Virus record (IMG/VR): IMGVR_UViG_3300022407_004352
Span: 1 to 64,000 of that record
From: a virus
Taxonomy: Duplodnaviria > Caudoviricetes
Length of the DNA: 64,000 nt
Strand: one strand, 5' to 3'
Position numbers and translations under genes: made by a program. The number at the start of each line of letters is the position of its first letter. Position 1 is the first letter of the stretch. This document shows, one piece after another, positions 20,835 through 30,133 of the stretch. Below the pieces are notes generated by a model, which did not search any database, was not told where the DNA came from, and saw only the letters and a program-made list of their open reading frames with translations.

Positions 20835-21208
20835 GGTCTTTGCTTTATGGCTGGGAATCTGCCAAGAAGAGATTGGAGGCAGCATCCGCCGATAAAAGCA
20901 AACTAGCTACAAGGTATGGAGTGATGTATTGGAAGAGAGAAGTACAAGCTGCGGAAAGAGCAGAGGAACATTGGAGAACTAAAATTTCAAAGTTTGGTTC
21001 AGGTAAGCTAATAAAAGTTACAGGGCAGGTGAGGGTAGTTATGGGGGGTTTAGGTTTAAATCAAGAGTTTGAGTTATTTATGGTCAATGTATCCAAAGAG
21101 GATGTATTGGAGTACTTAAAAGCTCAAGCGGATAATAGCTTACAGCAAATTTTGCTCGAGACTATTGAACTCAAAGAATTCCAAACAGGAAGATTAATAA
21201 TTGTTTAA
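20813..21208 (+). CDS. hypothetical protein
   Basis: 131 aa ORF. Confidence 0.55.
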   Translation: MEKTHTLRSLLYGWESAKKRLEAASADKSKLATRYGVMYWKREVQAAERAEEHWRTKISKFGSGKLIKVTGQVRVVMGGLGLNQEFELFMVNVSKEDVLEYLKAQADNSLQQILLETIELKEFQTGRLIIV

Positions 21209-21229
21209 CTTTAAAAAACCCAGTTTTCT

Positions 21230-21850
21230 ATGAAAACCAAAAAAGGCGGGCTGACCTATGACTCAGCCAAAACTGAATTAGCTTCAGTAAAGGAAGAGCT
21301 AGGAGTAGCATCTTCTGAGTTGAAAGATTTTCTCAAAAGCAATAAGCTGAAGAGAGATGAAGATCACTCAAAGCACTCGGACAAGAAAATCGCTAAGCAA
21401 TACAATGCTCTAGTAGCAGCTGTAGATGCTAAGCAGAATCGGAAGGATGAGCTCTTGACGTTCTTAAAGAACAACAAACCGGAGCCAAAAGAAAGAGAGT
21501 CCAAATACAACTACCCATCGGAAGTTGAATCCACTTTGGACAAAAAGAAATACCGTGCATCCATGCGATCCAATGCAAAGAAAGCCGGTGTGGAATTGGA
21601 TACTTATCTGGCTGACCCCAAGAAGTATGCAAAGGTGATTGCAGAGAAGGAGAAGGCAAGAGCTGAGAAATTGGCTAAGAAAACAGCTCCTAAGAAAAAG
21701 AAGAAAGCTGCTGAAGAAGAGGCTCCGGTAAAGAAACTGAAGTTGAAGAAATCAGCTGAGGAAGAAGCTCCCAAAAAGAAACTGAAGAAGAAAGTTAAAG
21801 CAGCTCCGGCACCGGAAGCTGAAGAGGAAGAAGCTGGGGGTGAAGATTAA
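21230..21850 (+). CDS. Lys/Ala-rich histone-H1-like protein with acidic tail
   Basis: KKKKKAAEEEAPVKKLKLKKSAEEEAPKKKLKKK repeats; C-terminal EAEEEEAGGED. Confidence 0.6.
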   Translation: MKTKKGGLTYDSAKTELASVKEELGVASSELKDFLKSNKLKRDEDHSKHSDKKIAKQYNALVAAVDAKQNRKDELLTFLKNNKPEPKERESKYNYPSEVESTLDKKKYRASMRSNAKKAGVELDTYLADPKKYAKVIAEKEKARAEKLAKKTAPKKKKKAAEEEAPVKKLKLKKSAEEEAPKKKLKKKVKAAPAPEAEEEEAGGED

Positions 21851-21878
21851 TTCTCATTAAAACCATGAACTGCATAGA

Positions 21879-21911
21879 AAATAGCCAGCGGGATTATCCT
21901 TCTGGCTATTT
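21879..21911 (+). terminator. intrinsic terminator
   Basis: AAATAGCCAG / CTGGCTATTT inverted repeat. Confidence 0.65.
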
Positions 21912-21933
21912 CTGTTATTAACCGTACCATACT

Positions 21934-22446
21934 ATGTTAACTGAACAATACACACAGATACTAAAGGATATTGCTGCTAAACCCACTATGGAAAAACTGA
22001 TTGAGTATCTGAAAGAACTCAACTTTGAATTCATGGACATGGAGCTAGCTCAAAAACTAGAGCCGGAGATAAAATGCGAGAAGGCCTGGATGCTGCGATA
22101 TTCATACTTAGTTCGTAGATATGAAAAACAACGATTTGATTTTGACCTTATGATTGGGGTAAGATTCATGGGTATAAGAATGCCTAAATATCTGGTATTC
22201 ATTAACAAAGACTATGCTGAAACTTTCGATAAGCCCTGGCATAAACCCCAAGAGTTCAACCAACGAAAGAAGAAGGTGTTATTGAAATTTCCGGATGAGC
22301 TGGATATTGAGGAAAGAAAGGAATGGCGGAAATATCATGACTGGTGGAAAAAGGGAAGAAAGATGAATGATGAGCAGATGGCATGGTATATGAAATTTAA
22401 ACCCATGATCAAGAACTTGGATAAAGAATTTGACCACCTTAATTAA
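21934..22446 (+). CDS. hypothetical protein
   Basis: 170 aa ORF. Confidence 0.55.
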   Translation: MLTEQYTQILKDIAAKPTMEKLIEYLKELNFEFMDMELAQKLEPEIKCEKAWMLRYSYLVRRYEKQRFDFDLMIGVRFMGIRMPKYLVFINKDYAETFDKPWHKPQEFNQRKKKVLLKFPDELDIEERKEWRKYHDWWKKGRKMNDEQMAWYMKFKPMIKNLDKEFDHLN

Positions 22447-22463
22447 CTATAAAACCCATGTAT

Positions 22464-22471
22464 TAAATTTG
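22464..22471 (+). promoter_or_regulatory. Bacteroidota -7 element TAAATTTG
   Basis: Matches TAnnTTTG in intergenic DNA. Confidence 0.55.
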
Positions 22472-22558
22472 CATAAATGATCAAAGAAAAGATTACCAAG
22501 GTGACCTATCAGATAGGTTTCTTTTTGGAACCCGAATATGTAACCCATTTTTTAAATT

Positions 22559-22909
22559 ATGAATATGCTAAGCAGACAACAAAAAGCAATAATCAGAAAG
22601 GCAGCAAAACTGCAGGAAGAAAGTTTTATGCGAATAATCACAGAAGGAAGACTTAGAGAAATTATGCAAGAGTTACAGGATGAGGGTTATGAAGTTACGA
22701 TGAGTGACCTGGAGGCTAGGGTATCTAAGGATTTGGAGGTATGGGATTCTGTAAAGGATAATCCGGACGGATTTCTCCACATACTGGATGAGGTTAATTT
22801 GGGAATGATAAGGCATGTTCTAGTGAATGAATTTCGATCCACGGATCATATCAAAGGATTACATCGAAAATTAAACTTATTTGAGGAAGTATCTAAATTT
22901 CAAAACTAA
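22559..22909 (+). CDS. hypothetical protein
   Basis: 116 aa ORF. Confidence 0.55.
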   Translation: MNMLSRQQKAIIRKAAKLQEESFMRIITEGRLREIMQELQDEGYEVTMSDLEARVSKDLEVWDSVKDNPDGFLHILDEVNLGMIRHVLVNEFRSTDHIKGLHRKLNLFEEVSKFQN

Positions 22910-23232
22910 TGGCAAAGAAGAAAACCAAGGTAACGGAGGTTCAAGGAATCCCACCTTTACCAAAAGAAGTAAAAGAAGAAGTTACCGTAGTGCTAAAGAA
23001 ATCTACTGAAGCCCCGGAAATTGCGCGCCTACCTGTAGAATCATCCACAATCGCTGCACTGGGCCATGATGGTGATACGTTGGTAATTGAGTTTAAGAGC
23101 GGTCCAGTATGGAGCTATACCCCCATAAGTAAGGATACCTACCTTAATATGCTGGATTCGGATTCTTTGGGCAGGTATTTTCATCTGAACATAAAATACA
23201 ACAGAGAGATCACTGCCACTAGATTGGCATAG
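22909..23232 (+). CDS. KTSC domain protein
   Basis: PVESSTIAALGHDGDTLVIEFKSGPVWSY...SLGRYFHLNIK. Confidence 0.85.
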   Translation: MAKKKTKVTEVQGIPPLPKEVKEEVTVVLKKSTEAPEIARLPVESSTIAALGHDGDTLVIEFKSGPVWSYTPISKDTYLNMLDSDSLGRYFHLNIKYNREITATRLA

Positions 23233-23289
23233 AAAGAACTAGAGAGAATTGAGTTACTATTTATTATTAATCATAAAAACCCAGTATCT

Positions 23290-23475
23290 ATGGAAACAAT
23301 GAGTCAGTATTTAAAATTGAGAGAGTTGGTTGACTCTCTTGAGCCCCATGCCGTAAAGGTAAAGGAGAAACACAACAAGGCAGCCGGAACAAGGTTGAGA
23401 AAAGGCCTGCAGGAAGTTAAGAAACAAGCGCAATTTTTGCGCGCCCAAATCATGGAAGATTTGAAAAAGGCTTAA
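23290..23475 (+). CDS. histone H1-like Hc1-family small protein
   Basis: NKAAGTRLRKGLQEVKKQAQFLR resembles the Bacteroidota Hc1/histone H1 family. Confidence 0.7.
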   Translation: METMSQYLKLRELVDSLEPHAVKVKEKHNKAAGTRLRKGLQEVKKQAQFLRAQIMEDLKKA

Positions 23476-23483
23476 ACCAAACT

Positions 23484-23558
23484 TGAACGGGGCTTATGTC
23501 AGGAAGGTCTGTCTGCGGATAAGACTCTGGAGCCTGCAGGTCCATAAGACCCCGTTCA
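23484..23558 (+). ncRNA. candidate structured RNA (long nested hairpin)
   Basis: TGAACGGGGCTTATG pairs with CATAAG(A)CCCCGTTCA; inner CAGG/CCTG and GTCT/AGAC stems. Confidence 0.35.
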
Positions 23559-23634
23559 TTTTATTTCCATGGCTAATTGATTCCGAGTATTCCGATTCTC
23601 ATATTTGCATTAATAAAAAATAAATCAATCACCT

Positions 23635-23919
23635 ATGCAAAAATTAACTTATTACCGATTCCAAGTAGGCAAGTTTGCGATCCTTAAAGAAGATGAGATT
23701 CATGAGGGTAAAAAGATTCTTGCCGGAACATTAATCAAGATTTTAAACTTTCCATTCAAAGTACGCAAGGGCGACCAAGACGATGGTTATATACACAGAC
23801 CCAAGAAGGGGGTGGAGACCTGGGTAGTTTATGACCGATTCATTCATGGGATTGATGTGGAAGGTAACCATGTAAGACCATCTTTATCTAAATGCCTTAG
23901 AACCAGAAAATCCTTTTAA
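23635..23919 (+). CDS. hypothetical protein
   Basis: Preceded by CATATTTG box (23600) and AAATCAATC leader. Confidence 0.6.
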   Translation: MQKLTYYRFQVGKFAILKEDEIHEGKKILAGTLIKILNFPFKVRKGDQDDGYIHRPKKGVETWVVYDRFIHGIDVEGNHVRPSLSKCLRTRKSF

Positions 23920-23921
23920 TT

Positions 23922-24293
23922 ATGAAATACCTATTTTATATCATTATTGCCCTGATGTTCTTTCATTTCCTGACGAAAGATTCCAACCCCCCACCCGAGA
24001 AATTCAAACCCTTTCCGGAAGTAAGGTGGGATTCTACCAAAGGGGATGCAGCCTATTTTGACTGGGAGCAAAATCGTTACGTATATAAACATGAACTTAA
24101 GCCCGAAGGAAAGAGGGAAAAGATACCCCTTACTGCTAAACCCGATTCCTATGTACAAATCGTTGAACCCGGTTATGCAATCAAAGATGACTATGAGATT
24201 CAAAAACCCGATCCGGAAATCATTATTGCTGGAAAGAGGTATAGGCAAAGGAAATTGGCTAATGGCGATATAAAATTAATCCTTGTAAGATGA
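23922..24293 (+). CDS. membrane-anchored hypothetical protein
   Basis: N-terminal hydrophobic YLFYIIIALMFFHFL. Confidence 0.55.
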   Translation: MKYLFYIIIALMFFHFLTKDSNPPPEKFKPFPEVRWDSTKGDAAYFDWEQNRYVYKHELKPEGKREKIPLTAKPDSYVQIVEPGYAIKDDYEIQKPDPEIIIAGKRYRQRKLANGDIKLILVR

Positions 24294-24556
24294 GAACCAT
24301 GAAAGAACTACTTCAGCTAATATTAGGAAACGAAAAATTGTTCGAGACGGGACTTTGTCGATGGGCTGTAATACTTAGGCTACGGGGTTTGATTACCTTT
24401 GAGGAATATCTAAGGATAATAAACCATATATTTCTTAATAAGCCCGATCATGTGATCACAGCTTTATCTACATATTGGTGGGATTCAGGGTTAAAAGAAC
24501 TTAGAATTACTTGGTTAAAGGAACAGATAAAACTATTGGATAATGACCATAAATGA
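24290..24556 (+). CDS. hypothetical protein
   Basis: ATGA coupling. Confidence 0.55.
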   Translation: MRTMKELLQLILGNEKLFETGLCRWAVILRLRGLITFEEYLRIINHIFLNKPDHVITALSTYWWDSGLKELRITWLKEQIKLLDNDHK

Positions 24557-24818
24557 CATCCACCTGAATGACGAGGTAGGAGGTACAAGAGTAGTATTTA
24601 TTCTTGCCTATCCGAATAAGGAGTTATCTAAAGTATTTAACTTCGTGGGGATTGATCCAAAAGGGACCTATCGGTTATTTAGGCATGATTCTAGTGGAGA
24701 ATTATACTCTACGGATATGGAAGGATCAAACTTAAAAGATTTGATACTAGAAGTACTAGAATTAATGAAGGAAGAAATAAAACTTAAACACAAACCCTTT
24801 ACTTATGGACAAGGTTAA
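24543..24818 (+). CDS. hypothetical protein
   Basis: Operon tiling. Confidence 0.55.
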   Translation: MTINDIHLNDEVGGTRVVFILAYPNKELSKVFNFVGIDPKGTYRLFRHDSSGELYSTDMEGSNLKDLILEVLELMKEEIKLKHKPFTYGQG

Positions 24819-25089
24819 CATGATTATGGAACGATTTGACTTTGCTAAGGTTATAGCATATATGACCTTAGTCAACTGGGTTCAAGCTGACGGACAGGTG
24901 ATTCCCATTGGAGAACTGCAAAACATAGCCCGGGATTTGATGCTTCGAGTGCTGCATATAGATTATGGAGATGGGTTACCTGCAGTACCTCGATGGGATG
25001 AGGATACTGGGCTAGTAGCCTGGGTGAATGAGAATAACCAAATCGTGTTACATTTTTATATTGAGAGCAAAACCTCCTATGACCTATGA
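24805..25089 (+). CDS. hypothetical protein
   Basis: Operon tiling. Confidence 0.55.
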   Translation: MDKVNMIMERFDFAKVIAYMTLVNWVQADGQVIPIGELQNIARDLMLRVLHIDYGDGLPAVPRWDEDTGLVAWVNENNQIVLHFYIESKTSYDL

Positions 25090-25541
25090 CAGTGAGTGAA
25101 ATTCGGGATTGGGTAAAGAAAGAATCTGATAAACCATCCAACTCTAAGTTATTTATCCAAGTATGTGATGAGTTATTACTCATTAAAACCCTGGAGCAGA
25201 ATCTACATAACCATACCATAACGGAGCAGCTTGATGTAGTAGTAAAGGAGGCTACCTGGGAACAATTACCCCACCCAGTAAGGAATGCCATACTCCTTTT
25301 AAACCAAGGGGATCAGGCTAAGGCGATGGATTACCATTTTAAAAGAATTCCACCCGAAATACTTCGAGAGTATGTAGAGTCAGTGTCAAGGGTAATCCAA
25401 ACTTCCAAAGACCCAAGAGTACAAAGGGCCTATGATTTCAAAACTAATACCTTCTATTGTGATAGCGATATGGAGGTTCTGAAGCATATTCAAGACTCCG
25501 TAATATATATTAACGGGCTATTTTTAAAAGAGAAAACCTGA
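25086..25541 (+). CDS. hypothetical protein
   Basis: ATGA coupling. Confidence 0.55.
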   Translation: MTVSEIRDWVKKESDKPSNSKLFIQVCDELLLIKTLEQNLHNHTITEQLDVVVKEATWEQLPHPVRNAILLLNQGDQAKAMDYHFKRIPPEILREYVESVSRVIQTSKDPRVQRAYDFKTNTFYCDSDMEVLKHIQDSVIYINGLFLKEKT

Positions 25542-25544
25542 TTA

Positions 25545-25552
25545 TATCTTTG
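25545..25552 (+). promoter_or_regulatory. Bacteroidota -7 element TATCTTTG
   Basis: TAnnTTTG followed by CATAATTAAAAATCA leader. Confidence 0.65.
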
Positions 25553-25578
25553 AATCATAATTAAAAATCATAAACACT

Positions 25579-25773
25579 ATGGACATCGTTGCAAAAGTTG
25601 AAGGGGAAGGTAAGAAACAAAGATTAGTTCTTTCATTCCCGATGGTAAGGAAACTTTCCAAATCAGAAAAGAACATGCTTATCGCTACCACCGGTGGAAA
25701 CCAATCGGTTGACCTAAAGGTGGACGGAAAGCAGGTTACTGTGGGCTTAAATGCCTGGATTTCCGCAGATTAA
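25579..25773 (+). CDS. small hypothetical protein
   Basis: 64 aa directly behind promoter cassette; LIATTGGN..VGLN pattern. Confidence 0.6.
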   Translation: MDIVAKVEGEGKKQRLVLSFPMVRKLSKSEKNMLIATTGGNQSVDLKVDGKQVTVGLNAWISAD

Positions 25774-25778
25774 AGATC

Positions 25779-25858
25779 GGAGTTGGGGACTTAAAGAGGT
25801 GACGGGTTCTCGATAAGCCCAAGATTGCCCGAGTTCCCACTCCTTTCTCTTCTTTTTT
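25779..25858 (+). terminator. terminator-like or attenuator-like structured element
   Basis: GGAGTTGGGGACT / AGTTCCCACTCC outer stem, 40-nt interior, then T-rich tail. Confidence 0.45.
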
Positions 25859-25878
25859 AAACTAAAACCAATTCCAAT

Positions 25879-26160
25879 ATGACTCTAATTCCGATTGACG
25901 AGGCAGGAGAATCCCGAACTCTTACTGTCAAAGTTCCTTATCAACAAATCATTAAAAGACTGGGTCAACCCAATGTGGAAGAGCCTGGAGATAAAGTACC
26001 AGCAAGCTGGGCATTTAAAGAGAAAGAATCCGGATTAACGGGGTTCATTTGGGCATACAGAGTACCCAAATCAATGTTGGGTAAATGCAATGAGTTCTCT
26101 GGTGATGGATCGTTCGACCTTCTGAGTAGAATCTTTCCGGGCAGAGTAATTAAAGGTTAA
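25879..26160 (+). CDS. hypothetical protein
   Basis: 93 aa ORF. Confidence 0.55.
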   Translation: MTLIPIDEAGESRTLTVKVPYQQIIKRLGQPNVEEPGDKVPASWAFKEKESGLTGFIWAYRVPKSMLGKCNEFSGDGSFDLLSRIFPGRVIKG

Positions 26161-26164
26161 AATT

Positions 26165-26908
26165 ATGCTATCAGAATTAGACCAGATAAAGGAGAAGCTT
26201 AAGAAGCTGATCTCAAAAGAAGAATCTGCGCGCCAATTAGGCAATCTTGAAGAAGCCGAGGCATTTGCCTCAAAGGTACAGGAATTGCTGCTCCGCTATG
26301 CTATTGACATGGATGAACTCAAATCCAAAAACCAAAAGACCGACATTGATCGGGAAAGAGTTGACTTATCCGACTTAATTGGGTCACACGAAGCAACCTG
26401 GGTACATGAGCTCTACAATGTAGGGGCAATGTATAATTTCTGTAAGATAATCTATCCTGCCCGGATGACTATGCCCCATGTGACCCTTATTGGAGAAGAG
26501 ATGCACCGGGAATTCACCCATTACTTTGTACATCAATTGGTATCCAAATTAAGGGAGTTAGCCAGAAGATCATTCAAAGAGTATAAGGGTTCCGATAAAA
26601 GGAATACCTATATACGATCCTTTTTAAGAGGGGCAGTCGTAGGGATTCAGCAGAAGCTGAAAGAACAGAGAGATGAGGCTATGAGGAATCAGCCCCAGGT
26701 AAATGCTCTAGTAGTGAATAAGCAGGGTGCTATCCAACAATGGATGCGAGAAACTTACCCACCCGGAAGTTTAGGTACACGAAATGTAAGAGCAGCAGCT
26801 TCTGCGGATGGATTTGTGAATGGGGTTTCTGCTGGAAGGGGAGTATCCATTAATAAGGGAGTAGGTGGTAATAGTCGGGGTATGGGGGGAACTAAACTAT
26901 TAGGCTAA
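26165..26908 (+). CDS. DUF2786-family protein
   Basis: IKEKLKKLISKEES..GNLEEAEAFASKVQELLLRYAID N-terminus; C-terminal RSFLRGAV..GYxAG-like helix. Confidence 0.75.
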   Translation: MLSELDQIKEKLKKLISKEESARQLGNLEEAEAFASKVQELLLRYAIDMDELKSKNQKTDIDRERVDLSDLIGSHEATWVHELYNVGAMYNFCKIIYPARMTMPHVTLIGEEMHREFTHYFVHQLVSKLRELARRSFKEYKGSDKRNTYIRSFLRGAVVGIQQKLKEQRDEAMRNQPQVNALVVNKQGAIQQWMRETYPPGSLGTRNVRAAASADGFVNGVSAGRGVSINKGVGGNSRGMGGTKLLG

Positions 26909-27159
26909 TGAGAATACCCGAAAGTGAGAAGATTACCTATGAGGATATGCTATCTCTTACAAAAGATGGCGAAATCAAATGGGTAAAAGTTGAAGCAAAT
27001 AGCCATTACCATCTTCCAACTCGAAGGTGCCTATATAAGGATCGTTTATATATCCTTGAAATATCAGGTAAGCTCTCGGTATGGAACTCGAGAAATGACG
27101 GACTAATTTGGTTTAAACCCAATGCGATGACTTTAGTAGCTTATGCACATACACTATAA
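26908..27159 (+). CDS. hypothetical protein
   Basis: TAATG coupling. Confidence 0.5.
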   Translation: MRIPESEKITYEDMLSLTKDGEIKWVKVEANSHYHLPTRRCLYKDRLYILEISGKLSVWNSRNDGLIWFKPNAMTLVAYAHTL

Positions 27160-27171
27160 AACCCAAAACAC

Positions 27172-27705
27172 ATGAATATCCGAGCTATACCAGAAGAGGA
27201 GTTTCAAAAATTACCTCTTGAAGAAAAAAGAATGAGAGTTTTAAAAGATGCCCTGTTCAGTATCAAGACCAAAGGCTTAATACCCCGAGCGGGACATACT
27301 CTTTCCATCTATCAACAAAATAATGGGTCAAAGGTAGACTTGGTTAGATTCTTTTCAAATAAGCCTCTAAAACAGGTCATTGAGGATATAAAGGAGCAGG
27401 AATGTCAGGTATGTGCAAGAGGTGCTCTATTGGTAACATATGTAGCTTATGTGAATGATTTTATAACTAAGGATTCCGATGCCGGATTCGCCAGAGAAGA
27501 GAGAGCTTACCAATTGGATGTGAAGCTATCAGAACTTTTCGACATAAAACAGATTATTCTGATTGAGGACTATTTTGAGTATAAAATAACCCCATATGAG
27601 AATACTCGGTTCTTTGGGTTTTCTGATTCTACTTCCTATGATCGGTTAGTTCTCATACTAGAGAATATGATAAACAATAATGGTATATTTAAACCCGAAA
27701 ACTAA
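27172..27705 (+). CDS. hypothetical protein
   Basis: 177 aa; CQVCARGAL motif. Confidence 0.55.
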   Translation: MNIRAIPEEEFQKLPLEEKRMRVLKDALFSIKTKGLIPRAGHTLSIYQQNNGSKVDLVRFFSNKPLKQVIEDIKEQECQVCARGALLVTYVAYVNDFITKDSDAGFAREERAYQLDVKLSELFDIKQIILIEDYFEYKITPYENTRFFGFSDSTSYDRLVLILENMINNNGIFKPEN

Positions 27706-27992
27706 TGAGTATAAAATCTTTTCTAAAGGCGATTATACCTTTGGATTTCAACCCGACAGACCATAACCCGAATAATCGGTTTATTGGCATTTATGAGGTT
27801 CAGGCCGTAATCAATAAGGTCTTTGGATTAAAGAAAGACTTTACTAGACAGATGGAGGCATACCAAAGACTGCATAATAACCGAAAGATAACCGAGAAGC
27901 AATATGCAGAAGCCATGTTGAAGCATATTCGCCTTTACCAACAAGAGCTCCTATTCGCCGAGAATCAAATTCTACACATATTAAAAAATTAG
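27705..27992 (+). CDS. hypothetical protein
   Basis: TAATG coupling. Confidence 0.5.
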   Translation: MSIKSFLKAIIPLDFNPTDHNPNNRFIGIYEVQAVINKVFGLKKDFTRQMEAYQRLHNNRKITEKQYAEAMLKHIRLYQQELLFAENQILHILKN

Positions 27993-28044
27993 TAGCCTAC
28001 GAAAAAAGATTCGCAACCATTAGAACCTGATAGTACTTATCTAT

Positions 28045-28052
28045 TATCTTTG
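28045..28052 (+). promoter_or_regulatory. Bacteroidota -7 element TATCTTTG
   Basis: TAnnTTTG 22 nt before ATG 28075. Confidence 0.65.
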
Positions 28053-28074
28053 CATTAACAAAATAAAGAAAAAT

Positions 28075-28383
28075 ATGAAAACACTAGAAAAAGTGAAGAA
28101 GATTGACCTTAAGAAGGTTAAGACTTCAAAAGCTCAGGATTCTAAGAACCTTGAGAATGTTAAAAAGGCTATCTCGAAAGAGAAAGACCTCATGTACCGC
28201 TACCCGAAAGCATGCGCTACGCTGCCGGATCGGAAGAAATTCCGTACCGATGCCCGTAGACATCGCGACTCCTTTATCAGAAGGATCAGTAAATTGAAAG
28301 GAGCTGAAAAGATTGAACTCCAAAAGGAGGCAGCTGCCTGGGCATCCACCATCTTTGAAAAAGAGCACTTGCCCAAATTCTAA
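28075..28383 (+). CDS. basic hypothetical protein
   Basis: Own promoter and terminator; Lys/Arg-rich. Confidence 0.6.
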   Translation: MKTLEKVKKIDLKKVKTSKAQDSKNLENVKKAISKEKDLMYRYPKACATLPDRKKFRTDARRHRDSFIRRISKLKGAEKIELQKEAAAWASTIFEKEHLPKF

Positions 28384-28391
28384 GGTCTATC

Positions 28392-28429
28392 AGGGGTTTC
28401 CCATTCCTAAGTGAGTGGGGAACTCCTTT
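28392..28429 (+). terminator. intrinsic terminator
   Basis: AGGGGTTTCCCATTC / GAGTGGGGAACTCCT stem then TTT. Confidence 0.6.
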
Positions 28430-28449
28430 GACTATTAAAAACTAAAACA

Positions 28450-28665
28450 ATGAAAACTCTAAAGGCCTTCTATGAACACTTGCAAGTAAATGGCATGTGG
28501 ATTCTAGCAATATTTACCGGGCTAACTTTCCTGTTCCCGGTATATTGGATTTGGAAACAGGAAGACTACCTACAGGACCTATTGCTATGGATCATCATAG
28601 TAAGTACTGTATGGGTGATCTATTTGGTGGGTTCTTTCTTTTACTTTAAACGACAAAATCTATGA
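28450..28665 (+). CDS. small membrane protein (2 TM)
   Basis: Two hydrophobic segments. Confidence 0.6.
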   Translation: MKTLKAFYEHLQVNGMWILAIFTGLTFLFPVYWIWKQEDYLQDLLLWIIIVSTVWVIYLVGSFFYFKRQNL

Positions 28666-28748
28666 TCTGGTACATTGGAATTATTTTGGGCTTATTAGCC
28701 GCGGGTATTATCATTAATCTATTAACCGGTAATAGCCCATTATTATGA
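28662..28748 (+). CDS. 28-aa single-TM peptide (not in ORF track)
   Basis: MIWYIGIILGLLAAGIIINLLTGNSPLL; ATGA-coupled at both ends. Confidence 0.55.
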   Translation: MIWYIGIILGLLAAGIIINLLTGNSPLL

Positions 28749-29176
28749 ATACGCTCCTGATCAGCTCCGGATTCTACCTTATATACCTAGTGATAGATGC
28801 TCGACAAGATGCATCTTACATACTAAGGTATGGTAGAATCTATCATGGGTGGAACTGGGCATTGAAAGCATCCACAATAATGGGTATAGGGTATGCAAAC
28901 TTTGAAAACTGGATTCAGACAGCTGCCTATTGCTTTCTAATGGTACCTATCACCTGGATTGTCTTTGAGCTATTCCTTTATGGATTTATGGACAAGAATC
29001 CACTAACCTATGTGGGTTCGGGTGGATGGGATGAATGGTTTAAATATCATTTTGGTAACAGGGGAAAAAATGATGCCCGAGCATCAAGGGCTATTTGGAT
29101 TTCAAAACTACTTCTTCTTATCTTTGCACTATGGATATTTCTATACACCAAAAATATTGATTGGCGGCTATCATGA
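28745..29176 (+). CDS. multi-pass membrane protein
   Basis: About 4 hydrophobic segments. Confidence 0.6.
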   Translation: MNTLLISSGFYLIYLVIDARQDASYILRYGRIYHGWNWALKASTIMGIGYANFENWIQTAAYCFLMVPITWIVFELFLYGFMDKNPLTYVGSGGWDEWFKYHFGNRGKNDARASRAIWISKLLLLIFALWIFLYTKNIDWRLS

Positions 29177-29301
29177 GTTTAGTGATTGATTCTTATGGTA
29201 TACCCGGGGTTAAGGTTCTCCATTTCCTTAACCCCAACCAATCTTCTTCTACTTGCAATAATTAATTCCAAGGCTATAATTCCGATTCAGAACTTTCTTC
29301 T

Positions 29302-29309
29302 TAAATTTG
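29302..29309 (+). promoter_or_regulatory. Bacteroidota -7 element TAAATTTG
   Basis: TAnnTTTG followed by AAAAATCAATCATTATG leader. Confidence 0.65.
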
Positions 29310-29333
29310 AGTATAAATAAAAAATCAATCATT

Positions 29334-29576
29334 ATGAAAAAGGAAGCACCTCAACTCACAGTCCAAAAAATGACTCCTCTGCTCGATTTCGATGAGGTCA
29401 GCAAGGGAACCAAGATATTCCACCAGAATGACCAAAAGAAGGTTCATTGGGAATATACCTCCTACATTATTACCGGAGTATCAGATACTCACCTGCTCTG
29501 CAAAGATGCAGGAGGTAAGAGATTTGCCTTTGCCTGGGAAGATTTACCGGATTATAACTTCAAAGTAATTGTATGA
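29334..29576 (+). CDS. hypothetical protein
   Basis: ATG 29334 behind conserved leader; in frame with track ORF 29307. Confidence 0.6.
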   Translation: MKKEAPQLTVQKMTPLLDFDEVSKGTKIFHQNDQKKVHWEYTSYIITGVSDTHLLCKDAGGKRFAFAWEDLPDYNFKVIV

Positions 29577-29875
29577 GAAATCAGGATATAATTACCATCG
29601 CCACTTCGGTATTCCCTGACTCCATTACATGGGATGTATTAGAGGATTTGACCGAAGACCAAGAAATTCTAAGCAGTTTACTTGATACCCTTAAAGATTA
29701 TGAGCTCTTTTCGGAAGATCAGGAACAAGAACTAATACTCTTCTGCAAAGAGTTGATATATGCCGAGCATATCCATACCGAGTATAGTTTCCTTGAGTAT
29801 GTGAATTGGACCCATATCCTTTATGCCTTGATTAAAACCAATGAACCCATCTTTAAACCTGAATTACACATATGA
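29573..29875 (+). CDS. acidic hypothetical protein
   Basis: ATGA coupling. Confidence 0.55.
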   Translation: MRNQDIITIATSVFPDSITWDVLEDLTEDQEILSSLLDTLKDYELFSEDQEQELILFCKELIYAEHIHTEYSFLEYVNWTHILYALIKTNEPIFKPELHI

Positions 29876-30132
29876 CACCGGATTACACCCATTGGGCAAA
29901 GAAGTTTGACAAGGTCAAGCATATCTATTGCGATAAACCTGAAACGGGAACCTTATGTGGAAGCGTTGCCCATTGCTTGGGTAATAACTATGCTACCAAG
30001 GAAATGGAGGTTTGCCCGGAATGCCTTAAGGTAAGGGCAAAAGAGGAAGATGGTGATGAACCGGATTATAATGCACCATCAAACTATGAAAGACAAGAAC
30101 GCCAAGACTTTATTCAACGAAACCTAAAATAA
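29872..30132 (+). CDS. small Zn-finger-like hypothetical protein
   Basis: H...LCG...CPEC pattern. Confidence 0.55.
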   Translation: MTPDYTHWAKKFDKVKHIYCDKPETGTLCGSVAHCLGNNYATKEMEVCPECLKVRAKEEDGDEPDYNAPSNYERQERQDFIQRNLK

Positions 30133-30133
30133 A

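Noticed and set aside
23484-23558. Resemblance to SRP RNA or TPP riboswitch (GTCAGG...AGC)
   Set aside because: Lacks the SRP GGAA tetraloop helix and the TPP CTGAGA/ACCTG cores; kept only as an unassigned hairpin
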